DNA of 64,000 nucleotides from assembly GCA_002189035.1 (NCBI GenBank), contig CM007989.1, positions 5,332,001 through 5,396,000 on the forward strand. The letters are read 5' to 3'. The position numbers were made by a program, and so were the translations under genes. Below are positions 36,607 to 50,572 of the stretch, piece after piece. The notes beneath the pieces are model-generated. The model ran no database searches, was not told the origin of the DNA, and worked only from the letters and a program-made list of their open reading frames with translations. Within the stretch, counting starts at the first letter, position 1, and every line of letters begins with the position of its first letter. The stretch is from Utricularia gibba (lineage: Eukaryota > Plantae > Magnoliophyta).

Positions 36607-37455
36607 TCATGAACGTTGGGATGGGTTGCTAAATGTCGCGGTCTAGCACATTCAACGCATCAAAAGAAATTTATAACCTAGCTATTCTACTACACAAATC
36701 AAAGGAATTAATGTAGTGTGCAAGTAAGGGTCGAATCCACAGGGAATGGTTGTAATTTCTCGAAGTTCATTGCATTTACTGAAAACAGGGGGGTTTCCTA
36801 GGGTTTAGTTCTAACGCTGGTAGGATCTAAAATAACAGTGATTGAAATAAACGAGTTGAAGGGTTGAAAGGGGCACTGAAATTAAAGTTAAGGTACAGAA
36901 AACATAAAATAAAAGTAACTTGGCTGGGTTTTACACCAGGGTCTGGCTCTTGTGTCACTCAAGAGAGCCCATAGGCTTAAACCCAGCTTAAAAACGCTTA
37001 AAAACAGAGTAAGAGTGTGCGTGCCCAAGAACAGTAAATGGCATATTAAGCTTAAAAGAAAATGTGAAAAGCTTAAACAGAGATATGTTTATAAACTAAG
37101 GCAAGGTCTACAACGAGTTTCCCGTTCACAGCAAGGTACCGAAAAGCAGCAGAAAGCATAGAAATGAAAACAGTAACGATAACGGGTTCTCGCAGAAATG
37201 AAAGTGCAAAAAATGCGCAAATAAAAGTTGTAGGATGCTTCTGTGGGCTGGAGATCTGCTAGAAATCGAGGTTCTGGCCGAAACGGTGGTGTAGACATGC
37301 AGATCTAGAGGTCGCCGAAGACTTTCGCCGGAGAAACGACGTTTTCCTCGCTCCCGCTCACTCCTTTTCGCTGTCTGTGCACTCTGCGTGCACAGTGTAC
37401 TCTCTATTCTCTCTCCCTTCCTTTTTCCCTTTTGCAGCTCAAAAGTAAGGGTAGC
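36607..37455 (-). mobile_element. Truncated Athila-like LTR family C
   Basis: It is a near-colinear copy of 50573-51412 and breaks off at ..AAGGGTAGC. Confidence 0.85.
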
Positions 37456-38222
37456 TGATAGCACACAAATTTTCAGGTTTTAGAATATGAAAAATTGTGC
37501 CTTTTATGCGACTTGGATCTATTATGAGTAGAAGACTGACATTATTTAAGACCTTTGACTTACGGCATATCAGAGTTTGTAGCAATGGTTGGATGCTTAC
37601 TTGCACGTATGGGAAAGCTGTTTACATACAAGACATAAAGAATGATGGAAAGGGAACGGAGGAAGTTAATGAACATGGGAGTGAATTTAAACAAACTTGT
37701 AACACTTACTTTCAGAGATTTTTTCACTTTGTTCTCGCATGAGAACTTTTGGTTCGTCCTCTCCACCAAAGCGAGGAAGAATATCTTAGCTTTCTTTTTT
37801 TGTTTTCTTTGTTTTCATGGCAATTCGTGGCTAAACCTTTTTAGTTTTTGGAAGAAGATGAAGTTTTCTTCTAAGTCTTGAGCATCAATCTCGGTTATTT
37901 ACTGAATTTAGTCTAGATTTCGCATATTTCCACATATCACGTTACAGTTTTTATGTAATGTCTCCTAGTTACGGTCCATGAGTAGCAAGCCACTCCACAT
38001 GGATTTTAATGAAGAGCAAGGTGAAGAGCATCATCTCTAACATGGATGGGTAGTGACCTCGTTCGTAGCCACCACTGGTCATTGGCAACAGCTGGGCACA
38101 CGTGCATAATTCGATTTTGAGGGCAATCAATGACAATCTTCTTGTCCACTCAATCTTTCAAGGGGGAATCACATAAGGCTATTATTGTGCCTTCTTGTCA
38201 ATCAGAATGTAAGGGAGAGTAG
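37456..38222 (+). mobile_element. Chimeric LTR fragment: family A start (TGATAGCACACA..) joined to a family B body
   Basis: The first ~45 bp match the reverse complement of 56350-56393. The segment 37530-38220 matches 42250-42988. Confidence 0.7.
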
Positions 38223-40059
38223 AACTAAAGACATATTCTTGATTTACGATGATAAAGATCTTCAAGTGGAAGGATATGTTGATGCAAGTTTTCAATGTGA
38301 TCATGAACACTTGAAGTCTTAGTCAGAATACATATTCACCAATGAATGATGATTCAACAATTGAAGTAGAGTACATTGCCGCTAGCGATGCTGCAAAAGA
38401 AGCTGTTTGGATTAAGAAGTTACTAGTGATCTCGGAGTATTCCCATATGTTGAGGATGCTATATTCAATTATTGCGATAACACTTGGGCTATTGAAAATG
38501 CTAAGGCACCTCGATCACATCAGAAATCCAAACACGTGCTTCGATGCTACTATGTGATCAAAGAGATCATTGGTAGAGGTGATGTCAGAATTGAGAAAGT
38601 GGACACAAAAAAGAATATAGCAGATTCAATTACAAAGATACTTCCACAGAAGATAAATCAGATGAACATAGAGTCCATTAGTATGAGATATGTCAATGAT
38701 TGGATCTAGTACAAGTGGAAGATTATTGGTATATGTGTTCTAGAAACAATCAACTTATTAACAAATCTTATCTTTTGATATTTACTTTGAATTGTGATCA
38801 AATTTATATCACTGATAAAATACTCTACTTGATCTATATGATGTAGAATTATGATGAGATCATAATGTGAGATTCTTCAAGCATTTATGTTCAAGTTAAA
38901 AATTCTCTAGCTAAATGTAGATATGTTCATTGAATTCTCTAAATTTTTTAGACAATGGTTCTCACAATTGATGTAATGAGATTACTAGAACCAATGTATG
39001 GGTGTTGATTAGAGAATCAATTCATTGGATGACTGAAGCTAACCAAGTATCAGTAGCAAGATCTCGAATATGACAGCCGTGCAAGTAAGCTTAGACTTTA
39101 GGTCAACAAAGTTATCTTGATCTTAAGCTCATATTTTCGTTCATTACTAATGAGAGTCTAACCATGGCTTACCTAATATGGATGAGAAGAGATGAGACTC
39201 TTAAAGATTGGAGATAGTTGATTGATTAATAAAGAATTCATCACTCATGTTAGCTATGAGATCTTATCTCAAGTAAATGTATCAAAGCCTAACAGTAAGC
39301 CTTCAGTCTAGGGTAATAACACTCGAAGAGTTTGAGTAGGTCATTAGTTCTTAAATGCAATAATAAGTTCGATACATAAGAAAGACACACACCCATGTTC
39401 TAGTAACGAATGAGATATAAGCATGATGAAAGCTATTCATTGCATGGTGACTGGTCATAAAAAGACTCAATCAGTTCACTTAATTAATTTTACATCGTAA
39501 TTAATTAAGAGTTAATTAATGAATCAAATACTACGACCTTGATTGAAGAAGCTATACGGTCACACACTAATGAAGTCACTCATCGATATAAAGTAGAATG
39601 ACACAATTACATGATATGTAATTGGTAAAGTGGATAAATTAAATGGAAAGATATTTTGAGATTAATATTGATTAAAATAAAAATAAAAGACCTTATATAG
39701 ATAAGATATGGGAACATATATATCTATTAGATTTTCATGAGATAAGATCTTTACGGAGATTTGATTCGATCTGCAAAGATTTTTTCATATCTTCATTCTC
39801 TCTGAGATTTATCTGTAAGAGGCGACTTTCTCTACTAGCACTTGTGGAGATCAACCATCATTCTGTGGCCGTGAGAAGGATATCGATGGAGTGCTTCAGG
39901 TGTGGATATCATAGAGACCGTCTACTGTTGGTGGTTGGTGAACAATGGAGTGCACTAAAAGGTATTTTCAGAATTTCTTTATCTGATTTATACCGTATTC
40001 CAATATCTGTGGTTTAGGTTTCTCAAAAATTTTAAATTCCGCTGCATTGAGGACATACA
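38223..40059 (+). mobile_element. Angela-like copia 3' end: RNase H, PPT (38713-38723) and 3' LTR (38724-~40059)
   Basis: It reads VEGYVDASF..EVEYIAASDAAKEAVWIKK..CDN..KSKHV. The PPT AAGTGGAAGAT is followed by the LTR, which ends ..AAATTCCGCTGCATTGAGGACATACA. Confidence 0.85.
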
Positions 40060-40099
40060 ATGTCAACGTGAAACCTAATAGATGCATATAAAAAAATAT

Positions 40100-41320
40100 A
40101 AATATGAGTAATTGAGATGAGTATACTTGTGCAAGTGCAGTAATAGGAAGATGCCGAGCTCCACAAAGTATTGCATTCATCCCCTTGACTTCATTGGTCA
40201 TCATGATGCCAAGCCTTCATCACCAATCATTCGATGTTGTCCAAGTTTCAGGTTTCATCTTCAAAGGAATATGCAAATGGATGCATGTTCTTCTCTTCGA
40301 TTTTCTTCATATAAGCAGTGAATTTCTCTTTGTACCCTATTAAAGCACATTTAATGAATAGGCTACTCAAATTGGAGTGAAGGTGATGGAAGTAGTAAAG
40401 GTGTGCAATCCACCATATTCCTCCATGAAAGTAGGCACCTGTTTGTAGCATTTTTTATTGAATCATGTCTATCTGAAATAAGGTATGTTGGTTTTATCGA
40501 GAGTGATGTGAGTAAAAACTAGTAGAAGAATCTTACCACTAGATGATAGAGTTATTGTAGTTAGCAACTTGTGCCTATAAATGTTGTATGGATGGGTTGC
40601 ATCAACTAACACAACTGGCCTTGACTGCCCTTATGCACGGATATATGGTTTAAATGACCAAAACACATAATGCATATTAATATCATAACCTTTGTGTTTC
40701 CAATCGATCACTATCCCAATAATCTAAATAGTCACCTCATTCAAAAAACTCGGAAGTTTTTGCAAAGATACCTTCCAAATACCATAAATGAGCTTGAAAA
40801 CTTTATGTATCCCATACCATGCATGATGATACGGGATTTTATAACCAATAACTATTTGAACAACAGTAATTTCTGTCACCACCTATGTACTAGTATATGT
40901 CTCTACAAATTATTTTGCTATCTTCACAATATATCTTGAATTAACATTTTTGTATCATAAAAAACCAACATTGAGCCATCTACACATATGAGGGTCAAAG
41001 TGTTTAGTAATTTTCTCCTCTCTCATCCTTTTATGGTAAACAGCACGGATTCTCCATCATGGCAAGCACCCATGGTTCACTATCAACTATTGTGTATTCT
41101 TTTCCAATTTGTATCGAAAAGGCTTGGATTGATTTATGAAAATTTTTCCTTTGTAGAAAACTGTTGTCTCTTCAAGAAAATATCAACATCACATGGTGAA
41201 AGTGGTTCATCTGAAGGGTCATCCCCTTCTGCAAAAGCAGCTATTAGTACGCATTCTGTGTCGCAAAATCTTCTTCTTGTTTTTCCTCTTCTGTCTCAAA
41301 ATCCAAATTTTCATGATCTC
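40100..41320 (-). mobile_element. MULE (MuDR) transposase remnant
   Basis: Minus-strand QFSTKEKF..WRIRA, FWSFKPYI..RPVVLVDATH and GIMMTNEVKGMNAILCGARHLPITAL match MULE DBD and DDE motifs. It contains stops and frameshifts. Confidence 0.75.
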
Positions 41321-41990
41321 CTTCAAGGGGAATATTTGCACTAGGTACTTCATAATCATTGTTCTAATTTAGCATTGAATCACCATTGATATTTCGGGCT
41401 GGTCCAAAGTTATATTCCACATAATCGTCTTGATTTTTTTGTAAGAAATCATAGTAGTTGTGCTCACTAAATACCTCGTTCACATCTGGTATTTGATAAT
41501 AACCAAGTGGTTGGGATGAATGACCCAGAACATAAACTCTACTTGAGCTTGCAGTGAAATAATGACGATCAAGTATAAATTGTTTCCCGTAGTAGAGGAT
41601 AAACTTGTATAATTATTTTTTGTTGAATTGAGAAAAAAACACTAGGATTCATGACGGTTTGATCAAACTACTCAATAATGGAAACATGCTCTTGTTTGTT
41701 GAATCAACCCTGATTTATAGAGAAAGTTTATCGCTTTATCCCCTGCTGATTTTTTTTGTTTTTCAGAATGCTGTTTTGCTATAACTTGTTTGTGATTTTC
41801 TTTGTTGTTGTGTTTTCTTATTTGTTGGAGTTGCATTTTTTCTTGAATGGCTTGTTTTTCTTTATAACTTCATTTCACAGATGGATATGGAGGCAACCAA
41901 AGGTAAAAGAAAAAAAGATGCCTCAACTTCAAGTCAACCGAGTAAAGAATCTATCAAGAAAGTAACATGGGATATGCCTACAACCGAGAT

Positions 41991-43041
41991 TGTTAAGTGT
42001 CATTTTCTAGTTATTATTTAGGTATTATTATGTATTAATCTAGTGTTAAGTCCCCCAATTAGGAATTATATTGATAAGTAATTGTATTTCCTTAGAAAAA
42101 TCATATTTTCCTATTTTGTATATATTTTTGTCTTTTTTCGTGTTCTTCGAGCGAGATATCAGGAGACTGTTGTGGAGTGTTGTAGGAGTATTGCAAGAGG
42201 TCAAACTCTGACTTTTCGTACCTTGTATGTGACTTGGAATGATTGTGGATGGAAGACTGACACTGGTCAAGGCAAGACTTACGGCATGTCAGAGTCTGTA
42301 GCAATGATTGGGCGGTAACTTGCATACAAAGGAAAGCTGCTGGCGCATGCAAGATAGAAGGAATGATGGGAAGGGGATCCAAAAGAGTTAATGCACGTGG
42401 GGAGTGATATAAAAGCCACTTGGAGCACTTAGTTTCGAACTTTTGAACCTTTGTTTCGAGACTTAGAACTTTTCAGTTCTTCCTCCCCTTCAAGGAGGAA
42501 GAACACTTAACTTCCAATTTCGTTTCTGTTTTGATGGCCCTTTGTGGCTAAAACCTTTTAGTTTCTGGGAGAAGATGAAGTTTCCTTCCAAGTCCTGAGC
42601 AATACACTCAGTTCTTTGCTGAATTCAATTCGAATTCTACATACTTCCACGCATCTTGTTGCAGTTTTTCTGTAACGACTCCTAGTCAAGGTTCATGAGT
42701 AGCAGGCCACTCCTTGCGGATTTTGGTGAAGATAAAGGTGAAGAGCACCAACTCCATCCCTACTGGTTCGAAGGAAGTAGCAGATTGTTTGAGGCCTAGG
42801 TACCACGACAGTGGCCAGGTTGTGACCTCGGACCTGCAACTAGCCATTGGTAACAGCTGAACACACGCGCGCAATTCAGCTTTGAAGGCAATCGAAGGCA
42901 ATCCTCTTTTATTCCTAATCGTCCAAGGGGGATTCACATGAGGCTATTCCCGTGCCTCCTTGTCAATCAGAGTGTAAGGGAGAGTAGGCTATTCCTTGCT
43001 CCTATAACCAACTAATCGAAAGAAATAACTGAAAACTGAAG
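41991..43041 (+). mobile_element. Athila-like family B LTR fragment inserted in Harbinger ORF1
   Basis: It starts TGTTAAGTGTC immediately after GAGAT, the exact point where homology to the empty paralogue (56901-56905) stops. Confidence 0.8.
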
Positions 43042-46000
43042 CAAGATAACTTTTTTGACCTCAAGTTTAAGCTTACTTGCATGGCTGTCATATTCGAGAT
43101 TTTGCTACTGACACTTGGTTAGCTTCCCATAGTAGCATCTCGAAGATGAGTCATCCAGTGAATCGATTCTCTAATCGACACCCATACATAGGTTCTAGTA
43201 ATCTCATTACATCAATTGTGATAACCATTGCCGAAACTGTTTAGGGAACTTAATGTGTGCCAGCTTATCCGTATTTGTGATATCCTCATTTTACAAATAC
43301 TCTAGCCAGGGAGATTTAACTTGATCATGAGTGCTTGAAGAATTTCACATTATGATCTCATCATAATTTCTATAGCACATAGATCAAGTAGGGGATTTTA
43401 TCAATGATATAAATTTGATCACAATTCAAAGTAAATATCAAAAGATAAGATTTTCCAATGAGTTGATTGTCTCTAGAACACATACACTAACGATCTCCCA
43501 CTTGTACTAGAGCCAATTAATCATGTATCTTATACCAATGGACTCTATGTACTCCATGGACGCCCTAGTTCCATTGTGAATGAGCAGTCTTGCTTAGAAC
43601 TTTTCTAAGCGACTGCACCTCCATTTAGGGTGAATATGTATCTTGATTGAGACGTCAAGTCAAATGAGATTTGAAACATATTCTCCCATTTCGAGATCTT
43701 GACCACCATAAATCAGGAACATGTCTTTAGTACTTCTTAAGTACTAAAGAATGCTCTTGAGTGCAGTCCAATGATCCATTCTAGGGTTCGACTCATATCT
43801 GCTTGTAACACTTAAAGCATATGACACATCTGGTCTAGTACACAACGTGATATACATTATTGACCTAATAGGAGAAGCATGTGGGATTCGAGCCATCTAA
43901 TCCATATTTTCTTCTATTTTGGGGCACATCACTTTTGATAGTGAGTTATGTGTCATGGGCAATAAACCTCTTTTGGAATCAGCCATGTTAAACCTCTTTA
44001 ATACTTTATCGATGTAGGTCGATTATGATAATCCAATAAGTTTCTTTGATCTATCCCTATAGATCTTTATGCCCTATATATAAGCCACATCTCCAAGATC
44101 TTTCATTGAAAAGCTCTTGGATAACCAGATTTTTACTGATTGCATTGTTGCAACATCGTTTCCCATTACTAATATGTCATCCACATATAGTATGAGAAAT
44201 ACGATTGCCAAGCCATCTACCTTATTGTATACACAAGGTTCATATTCATTTTGAGAGAAACCAAACTCTTTGATTGTCTCATCAAATTTGATGTTCCAAC
44301 TTCTTGAAGCTTGCTTTAGCCCATAGATGGATTTGTTCAGTTTACACACTTTACTAGGATCTTGTGTGAAACCTTCAGGTTGTGTCATGTACACTTCCTC
44401 AGCTAAATTTCCATTTAGGAAGGCTGTTTTCACATCCATCTGCTATATCTCATAATCAAAATGAGCAGCAATGGCAAGTAAAATTCGAATGGACTTCAGC
44501 ATAGCAATAGGCGAGAAGGTTTCGTCGTAATCAACACCTTGTTTTTGACGATACCCTTTTGCCACAAGTCATGCCTTATAGGTAGATATATTTCCATCCA
44601 TGTCAGTTTTCCTTTTGAATACCCATTTGCATCCAATAGGATTTACTCCCTCTGGAGCATTGACCAATGTCTATACATTGTTCTCATACATGGAATTCAT
44701 TTCTGCCCCCATGGCAACAAGCCATTTACTTGACTCAGCACTATTGATTGCTTCGTCATAAGTCCGAGGTTCCTCATCTAATATGAGGTCTCCCATGCCT
44801 TCGGCATCAACAATGAAACCATATCTCATAATAGGGTTACGTTGTCGGACTGATCTTCTGACAGAAAACGTGCTTAGTATATTTGGCAAGTCAGATTGCT
44901 CAAGTTGATTGCTCACTGGTACATTACCAGCTTTCTGGGACACAATTTCGAGATGTTGAGCCTAGATTACCTTTTGAGTCACCCACTGGCATCTCTATAG
45001 GTGTCACTGGCTCGTTCTCAAACATCTCCTCAAGTTCAAAACGACTCCCACTTGCTTCTTTGACAAGAAACTCTTTCTCTAAAAAGACAGCATTCCTCGA
45101 GATGAAAACCTTTCCCTCTTGAGGATTATAGAAGTAGTATCTCATGGTTTCTTGTGGATATCTCAGAAAGAAACACTTGTCAAATTTGTTCTCTAACTTA
45201 TCTGACTTCAACCTTCTTACATAAGCAGGGCATCCCCAAGCTTTGAGATAGGAGAAACTCGGTTTTCTGCCTTATCTCATAAGGAGTGGTTTCAACCGAT
45301 TTCGATGGGGCTTTGTTCAAAACATGAGCCGCTGCCTCTAAAGCATATCCCCACATGGACTTTGGTAGTTCTGCAAAACTCATCATGGATCGAACCATGT
45401 CAAGAAAAGTTCGATTTCTCCTCTCAGAAACACCATTGTGCTCAGGTGTATTAGGAGAAGTTCTTTTTGAGACAATACCATTGTCCTTTAGATGATTCTT
45501 GAATTCATTACTCATGTATTCCCCACCACGATCTGATCGAAGTTTCTTGATGGAACGCTCAAGCTGGTTCTCGACCTCCATCTGACACTCTTTGAAATTT
45601 TTAAAGGTTTCAGATTTTCGTTTCATCAAGTAGATGCATCCATATCTTGAATGGCCATCTATAAAAGTGATGAAATACGAGAAACCCCTCTAACAGTGAT
45701 GCTCATTGGACCACATATATCAGAATGTATTAAATCCAATAAGTTTTCAGCTCTTGCTCCTTTTCCTAGAAAATGTTGCTTTGTCATTTTGCCCAATAAA
45801 CAAGATTCGCATGTTTCATAAGATTCAAAATCTTCTGAGTCCAAATATCCCAATCGATATAAGTAATCAACACGCTTCTTGTTTATATTGCCTAAACGAC
45901 AATGCCAGAGGTAAGAATTCAAGACATTGTCAATCCTTGGCCTTTTATGCACATGTTAATCTGTTCCGAATCATGCTGATCCAAAACATATATTCCGTTT

Positions 46001-46204
46001 ACTATCGTAGCAGTACCATAATGCACATTCCCTCATCGTATGGAACAACAATTGTTCTTTGTAAAAACTCGAAACCAATCTTGTCCAAACAAGAAATAGA
46101 GACGATGTTCTTAGACAATGAGGGAACACAATAAACAGAATCTAATTCAAGAGATAATCCAGAAGGTAGGACGATGTGGTAAATCCCAACTGCCATGGCA
46201 GCAA
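43042..46204 (-). mobile_element. Angela-like Ty1/copia: protease/GAG-pre, integrase, RT, RNase H, PPT and partial 3' LTR (43042-43492); gag and 5' LTR deleted
   Basis: It reads LWHCRLG, LDLIHSDICGP, LRSDRGGEY..HNGVSERRNRT and [25 protein letters not shown]. The PPT is AAGTGGGAGAT (43493-43503). Confidence 0.93.
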
Positions 46205-47364
46205 ATAAAAAATAAGTGGAATAGCCTTCGAGAATATTGGAGCGTGTATAAGGGGCTAAGGAATATGATTGGAATAGGATGGGAGGTTGATGGATGGACA
46301 ATGAAAATGGATCCAGAATGGTGGAAACTACGAATTGAGGTTAATATATTTTTTAAAAGATCATATGCTTATCAATATTAGTATGTTTTGTTCTTTTTTA
46401 ATGGCTATTGATTTCTTCTATTGAATAGCATGTTAATTTGCTTTTCTTATGCTGTAGACTTGTTCCAAAAAGTAGCAGGTTTCATTTTTTTTTAATTATA
46501 TATGATTCTGACTTCATACATGTGTTAATTAAATGAATTAGATACATATTATTCATTAGCTTTTATGTTATCAATATTAGTATATGTTAATAGTTTTGAA
46601 ACTTTTACAAAATATTAATGTTCTTTTAGTTTTTTAAATATATCATGTTTTTATATTTTCACATTCATCTCATTTTAATTACAATTCTTTTGTTGCAGGA
46701 AAATGTTGTAGCTGCCAAGTTCAAGAATAAACCACCTATATTTCATGAGTTGATGCAAAGAATATTTGATCCCGTGGTTGGATATGCACCTGAGCGTTAT
46801 GTGCCAAATGCAGGGATACAACAACAAGATAAAAAAGAGAACAATTCAGATGAAGTAACTCTTGGTGAAACTACTTGTCTTTCAGACCCATGAAGGTGTC
46901 ATAACTGATTTGAATATTTAAGAGCAACCAACACCAGCATCATCTAAGAAAAAACAAACTGTTCATTGTAGGAATAGTGACTGTATAGCAGCATCTTCGG
47001 AAAGATGGGCCAAGGGATTAGAGGCAATTTCTGCAGCTATTGTAAGAAAAGAAAAATTTTCAACAGCTACTTGCATGAAACAATTGGTAAATACAACAGG
47101 GATCGTTGAGGGGAGCGATATGTGGCTCCGTGCTATTGATTTATTTTACTATTCTAGCAACAGGGAGATCTTTATGATGATCGAGAGTCATAATGCACGT
47201 TGTCGATGGATTATGCATGCATCTTCTAAGCTTGATGCAACGACATCAAGTGAATCACCCAGAGCTAGTCGATCTGATTACAATGACTTGGGCACTGTGC
47301 TTGGAAGCTTGTTCTATTAAATTTTGACTTTGTTGTATTTTGAATTGTTGCTTTAAATGATGCA

Positions 47365-48538
47365 TGATAACACATATTTTTGAGTGGCTCAAGGCAAGGA
47401 ATTTACTCATTTTGTGCTACAAAAATTAAGCTTAATTGTCTGTTTTTATATTTTTGCACATAAATACCGTAGGAGTGCACTTTTAGTCTTAGTTGGGACT
47501 AAATCTGCGATTTAGTCCAAACCTTCTAACAGTTCCCTTCAAGCAATGCAACATAGGTCGCAACAAAAATCCCAAGGAGTCGAGTATGAACAGTGTGGTG
47601 GTAGAGAAGGTGACAAAAGTCTGAAAAAGAGTACACACAAAGTACAAGGAGGTGAAAAAGGGAGATTTTGGACAAAAAGGGAGCAAAGGTGGGGAGAGAA
47701 GGTAGATCTCCCCTTAAAGACTCACGAACAACTTTTTGGAGAAGGTTTTCTGGGGAGGAAGAAGGATGAAGACGAACAGGAATTAAGCTCATGCTTGAAG
47801 ATTATTTTCTGTTTTTCAAGGATTATTACTCCTAGCTAAGATTAGCTAGCAGTGTTTTCTAGTTTTCTGTCAAACATTTCAGTTTCCTGCTTGTTTATTT
47901 TCTAGTAGTCTACTGAGACATGAATGCATTGTGGATGATGTTTTCTCTTCTATTTTCGTTTGTCTTAAGCATGAGTGGCTAAGAACTTAGGGGGGTGCCT
48001 TGGGGTGAATAGAGGAGAAATATGGTAATCCATCCTTAGACCTAATAAACCATAAGTAACGCCACTTCCTTAACAAACCAGAATAAATCTAGGAGGGGGA
48101 AGTAGTGAAATCCAACTTAACAACCCTAATTAGAGGTAGACCAAAGATTAGGAGGAAAAACAAGAATCCGGGTAGACCTAGATCTTGTGAGTTAGTTGTA
48201 TGATTTGTGGTTTGTGTGAGTTTGTTTAGTGATAAGTATACATCCCCTAGGAGTCCCAAGGCATCACCCATTTCATTCCAGAAACAATCGAACTCCAGAA
48301 CTTATTACTTCTCTTTACTGTATTTCATTTCAGTTCTGCCTTAGTCCTAGCTAAGACCAATTTTACCAACGTGACATTAATTTTATGCATTAACTTTCAC
48401 ATAGCAAGCACCTACTCTTCGTGTTCGACCCTAATCACTATGTTCATAATTGTTTTATGCTTGAAGATGTATTAGGTTATAAATTTATTTGATAGAAAAA
48501 AATACAATTTAATGACGCTGCTAATTTTTCGTTTATCA
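47365..48538 (+). mobile_element. Solo LTR (1174 bp), Athila-like, inside the Harbinger inter-ORF spacer
   Basis: Termini are TGATAACAC..GTTTATCA, with a perfect TSD ATGCA at 47360-47364 and 48539-48543. Confidence 0.92.
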
Positions 48539-48675
48539 ATGCATTTCATAAAAACTAGTTTTCCACATTCTTCCTTATATTCATGAGTCAAAATATGAAA
48601 CACTCATCTTCATTTTGCTTTAGACATAATAATTAAAAAACTTTATTTTATAGATACATCAAATGCTTTTTGTTT

Positions 48676-48802
48676 TACAATTGTGACCACTTGCTGGATA
48701 GATTTTTCAAAAGCTTTTTCATCTACTATTGTGGCCACTCATTGGATAGATTTTTTAAAAGCTTTTTCATCTACAATTGTGGCCACTCATTGGTAGATTT
48801 TT
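48676..48802. repeat. 48-bp tandem repeat, ~2.6 copies
   Basis: Units start at 48676, 48724 and 48772 (TACAATTGTGGCCACTCATTGGATAGATTTTT..AAAAGCTTTTTCATC). Confidence 0.9.
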
Positions 48803-50572
48803 TTTTTGTTCATAGGTTGGTAGATTTTTTTAATATTCTCTATAAATGGTCATTTTAGAGAACTCATTGGTCACCATTATCAAAATCTCATCTTTTAGAA
48901 ATTTTCCAACTCTTTCATGGCATCCTCTTCAAACCCAATGGGATGATTCTCAGAAAATAGTGATCATGACTCAAATCTCACTGAAAATGATAAACCGATG
49001 AAAAAAATAGTGATGTGGAGCTTCAAAAGGTTCAAAAGCAAATGGCATTCTTAGGTGAAGGCTTTGAATTCTTCTCAATTATTCATGACTATCATAATAG
49101 TTATCTTGAGAAAAATAGAATTCATGATCGTCCGGTCTCAGGATGGAATTTGTTGTTACATATGTTAAATGGGAATGATATTCACGCATATCAGGATCTC
49201 CGTATGAAACCATCAGTATTCCTCTACTTTTGTTCATTACTTGTTGATGAATTTGGTCTATAAAAGAGGCCACACATCACAGTATAGGAAGAAGTTGCAA
49301 TTTTTATGAAAAATGTTGGCACACGGATGGGAAATCGTGTCTTACAAGAATATTTTCAAAGAGGGGGTGCTACTATAAGCAGAGCTTTTCATAATGTATT
49401 GAAAGCTTGTAATCGGATGGCCTCAGTCTTGATAGCACCCGAAGAGATTTCACACATGTCCCATCGTACATTAGAAATAAAACTTGCTATTTTCCATTTT
49501 TTCAAGGATGTATTGGAGCTATAGATGGAACTCATATCAAAGCTTGCATTCCAGCGGAGGAAAGAGTATGTTATATTGGACGAAAAGGAGTACCAACACA
49601 AAACATTTTGGCAGTTTGTGATTTTAATATGTGATTCACTTTTGTTGCTATGGGTTATGAGGAAATTACACATGATAGTAGGATGTTAATGGAATGTTTG
49701 CGCAATGCTAATGATAACTTTCCTCATCCACCTTTAGGTATCAATTTATTTTTTCTAAGCTCCTTATATCAGTTTTGTTTCAAACTAATGCTGCAAATGT
49801 AGGTAAATATTATTTGGTCGATGTTGGATTTACCAACACGACTGGTTACTTGGCACCATATCGTAGAACCCGTTATCACCTCCCAGAATGGCAACGAACA
49901 AGACGTGGATATACTCATCTTGAAGAGTTGTTTAACCACATGATACAAAACATTTTCATATTGTATGCCATATAATTTGAAGCTATGCCATCACGTATGT
50001 TTGGTAGTTGCAATTATGAGTATTCACAACTTCCTATGCCAAGTTTGTGCAGAAGATGATGGATCTGACCTCACTGAATGCAATGACTCAAATCCATTAC
50101 CTATAACTAATGATGATCCAGTTGAAGAGAATGAAATACTATATAAGTTGTCTTCGATGGAGACCATTCGAGACATAATTCGTGATCATCTTTGGAATGC
50201 TCATAATAGAAGGGTATGAGAAGTTGTTGCAACCAGCATTTGTAATCTTTGTAACCTATGTAATAATGTTTCATGTAATGATTTGTGTTTGGTAAGATTT
50301 ATGTGAAATTGAATAATATCAACTAGAAATTAGTCACTAAAGAATAATGAGGCTCACATCAAGTCTACGGCTATTGGGTTGGACAAAAAATTAAAAAAAT
50401 TATGGCAAGGAACACTTTTAATTTCTACATCTATTTCTAAATTTATTTATACATTTTTTTCTGGAATATTTTTAATTTCTATAAATTATTTCTACTCCTA
50501 CTTTATACTTTTAGGAAAGTAGAAATAGTCTGAAGAAATATTCCGGATCAATACTTAAGTATGTTGGGGATG

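Larger units (their letters stand above)
41329..50555 (+). mobile_element. PIF/Harbinger element: Myb/SANT ORF1 (41881-41990, 46201-47320) plus DDE transposase (~48917-50219), interrupted and defective
   Basis: ORF1 reads ..KVTWDM / QIKNKWNSL..GIGW. The transposase reads EEVAIF..TISRAFHNVL, GAIDGTHI, KG.PTQNILAVCDF, HDSRML and KYYLVDVGF..LAPYR..RYHL. A subterminal AAGTAGAAA..GAAATATTCC motif lies at 50517-50544. Ends are approximate. Confidence 0.85.

Noticed and set aside
46196-46204. Apparent 9-bp microhomology TGGCAGCAA at the copia/Harbinger junction
   Set aside because: The paralogous Harbinger copy reads TTGTTGCAA, so only GCAA (4 bp) is supported.
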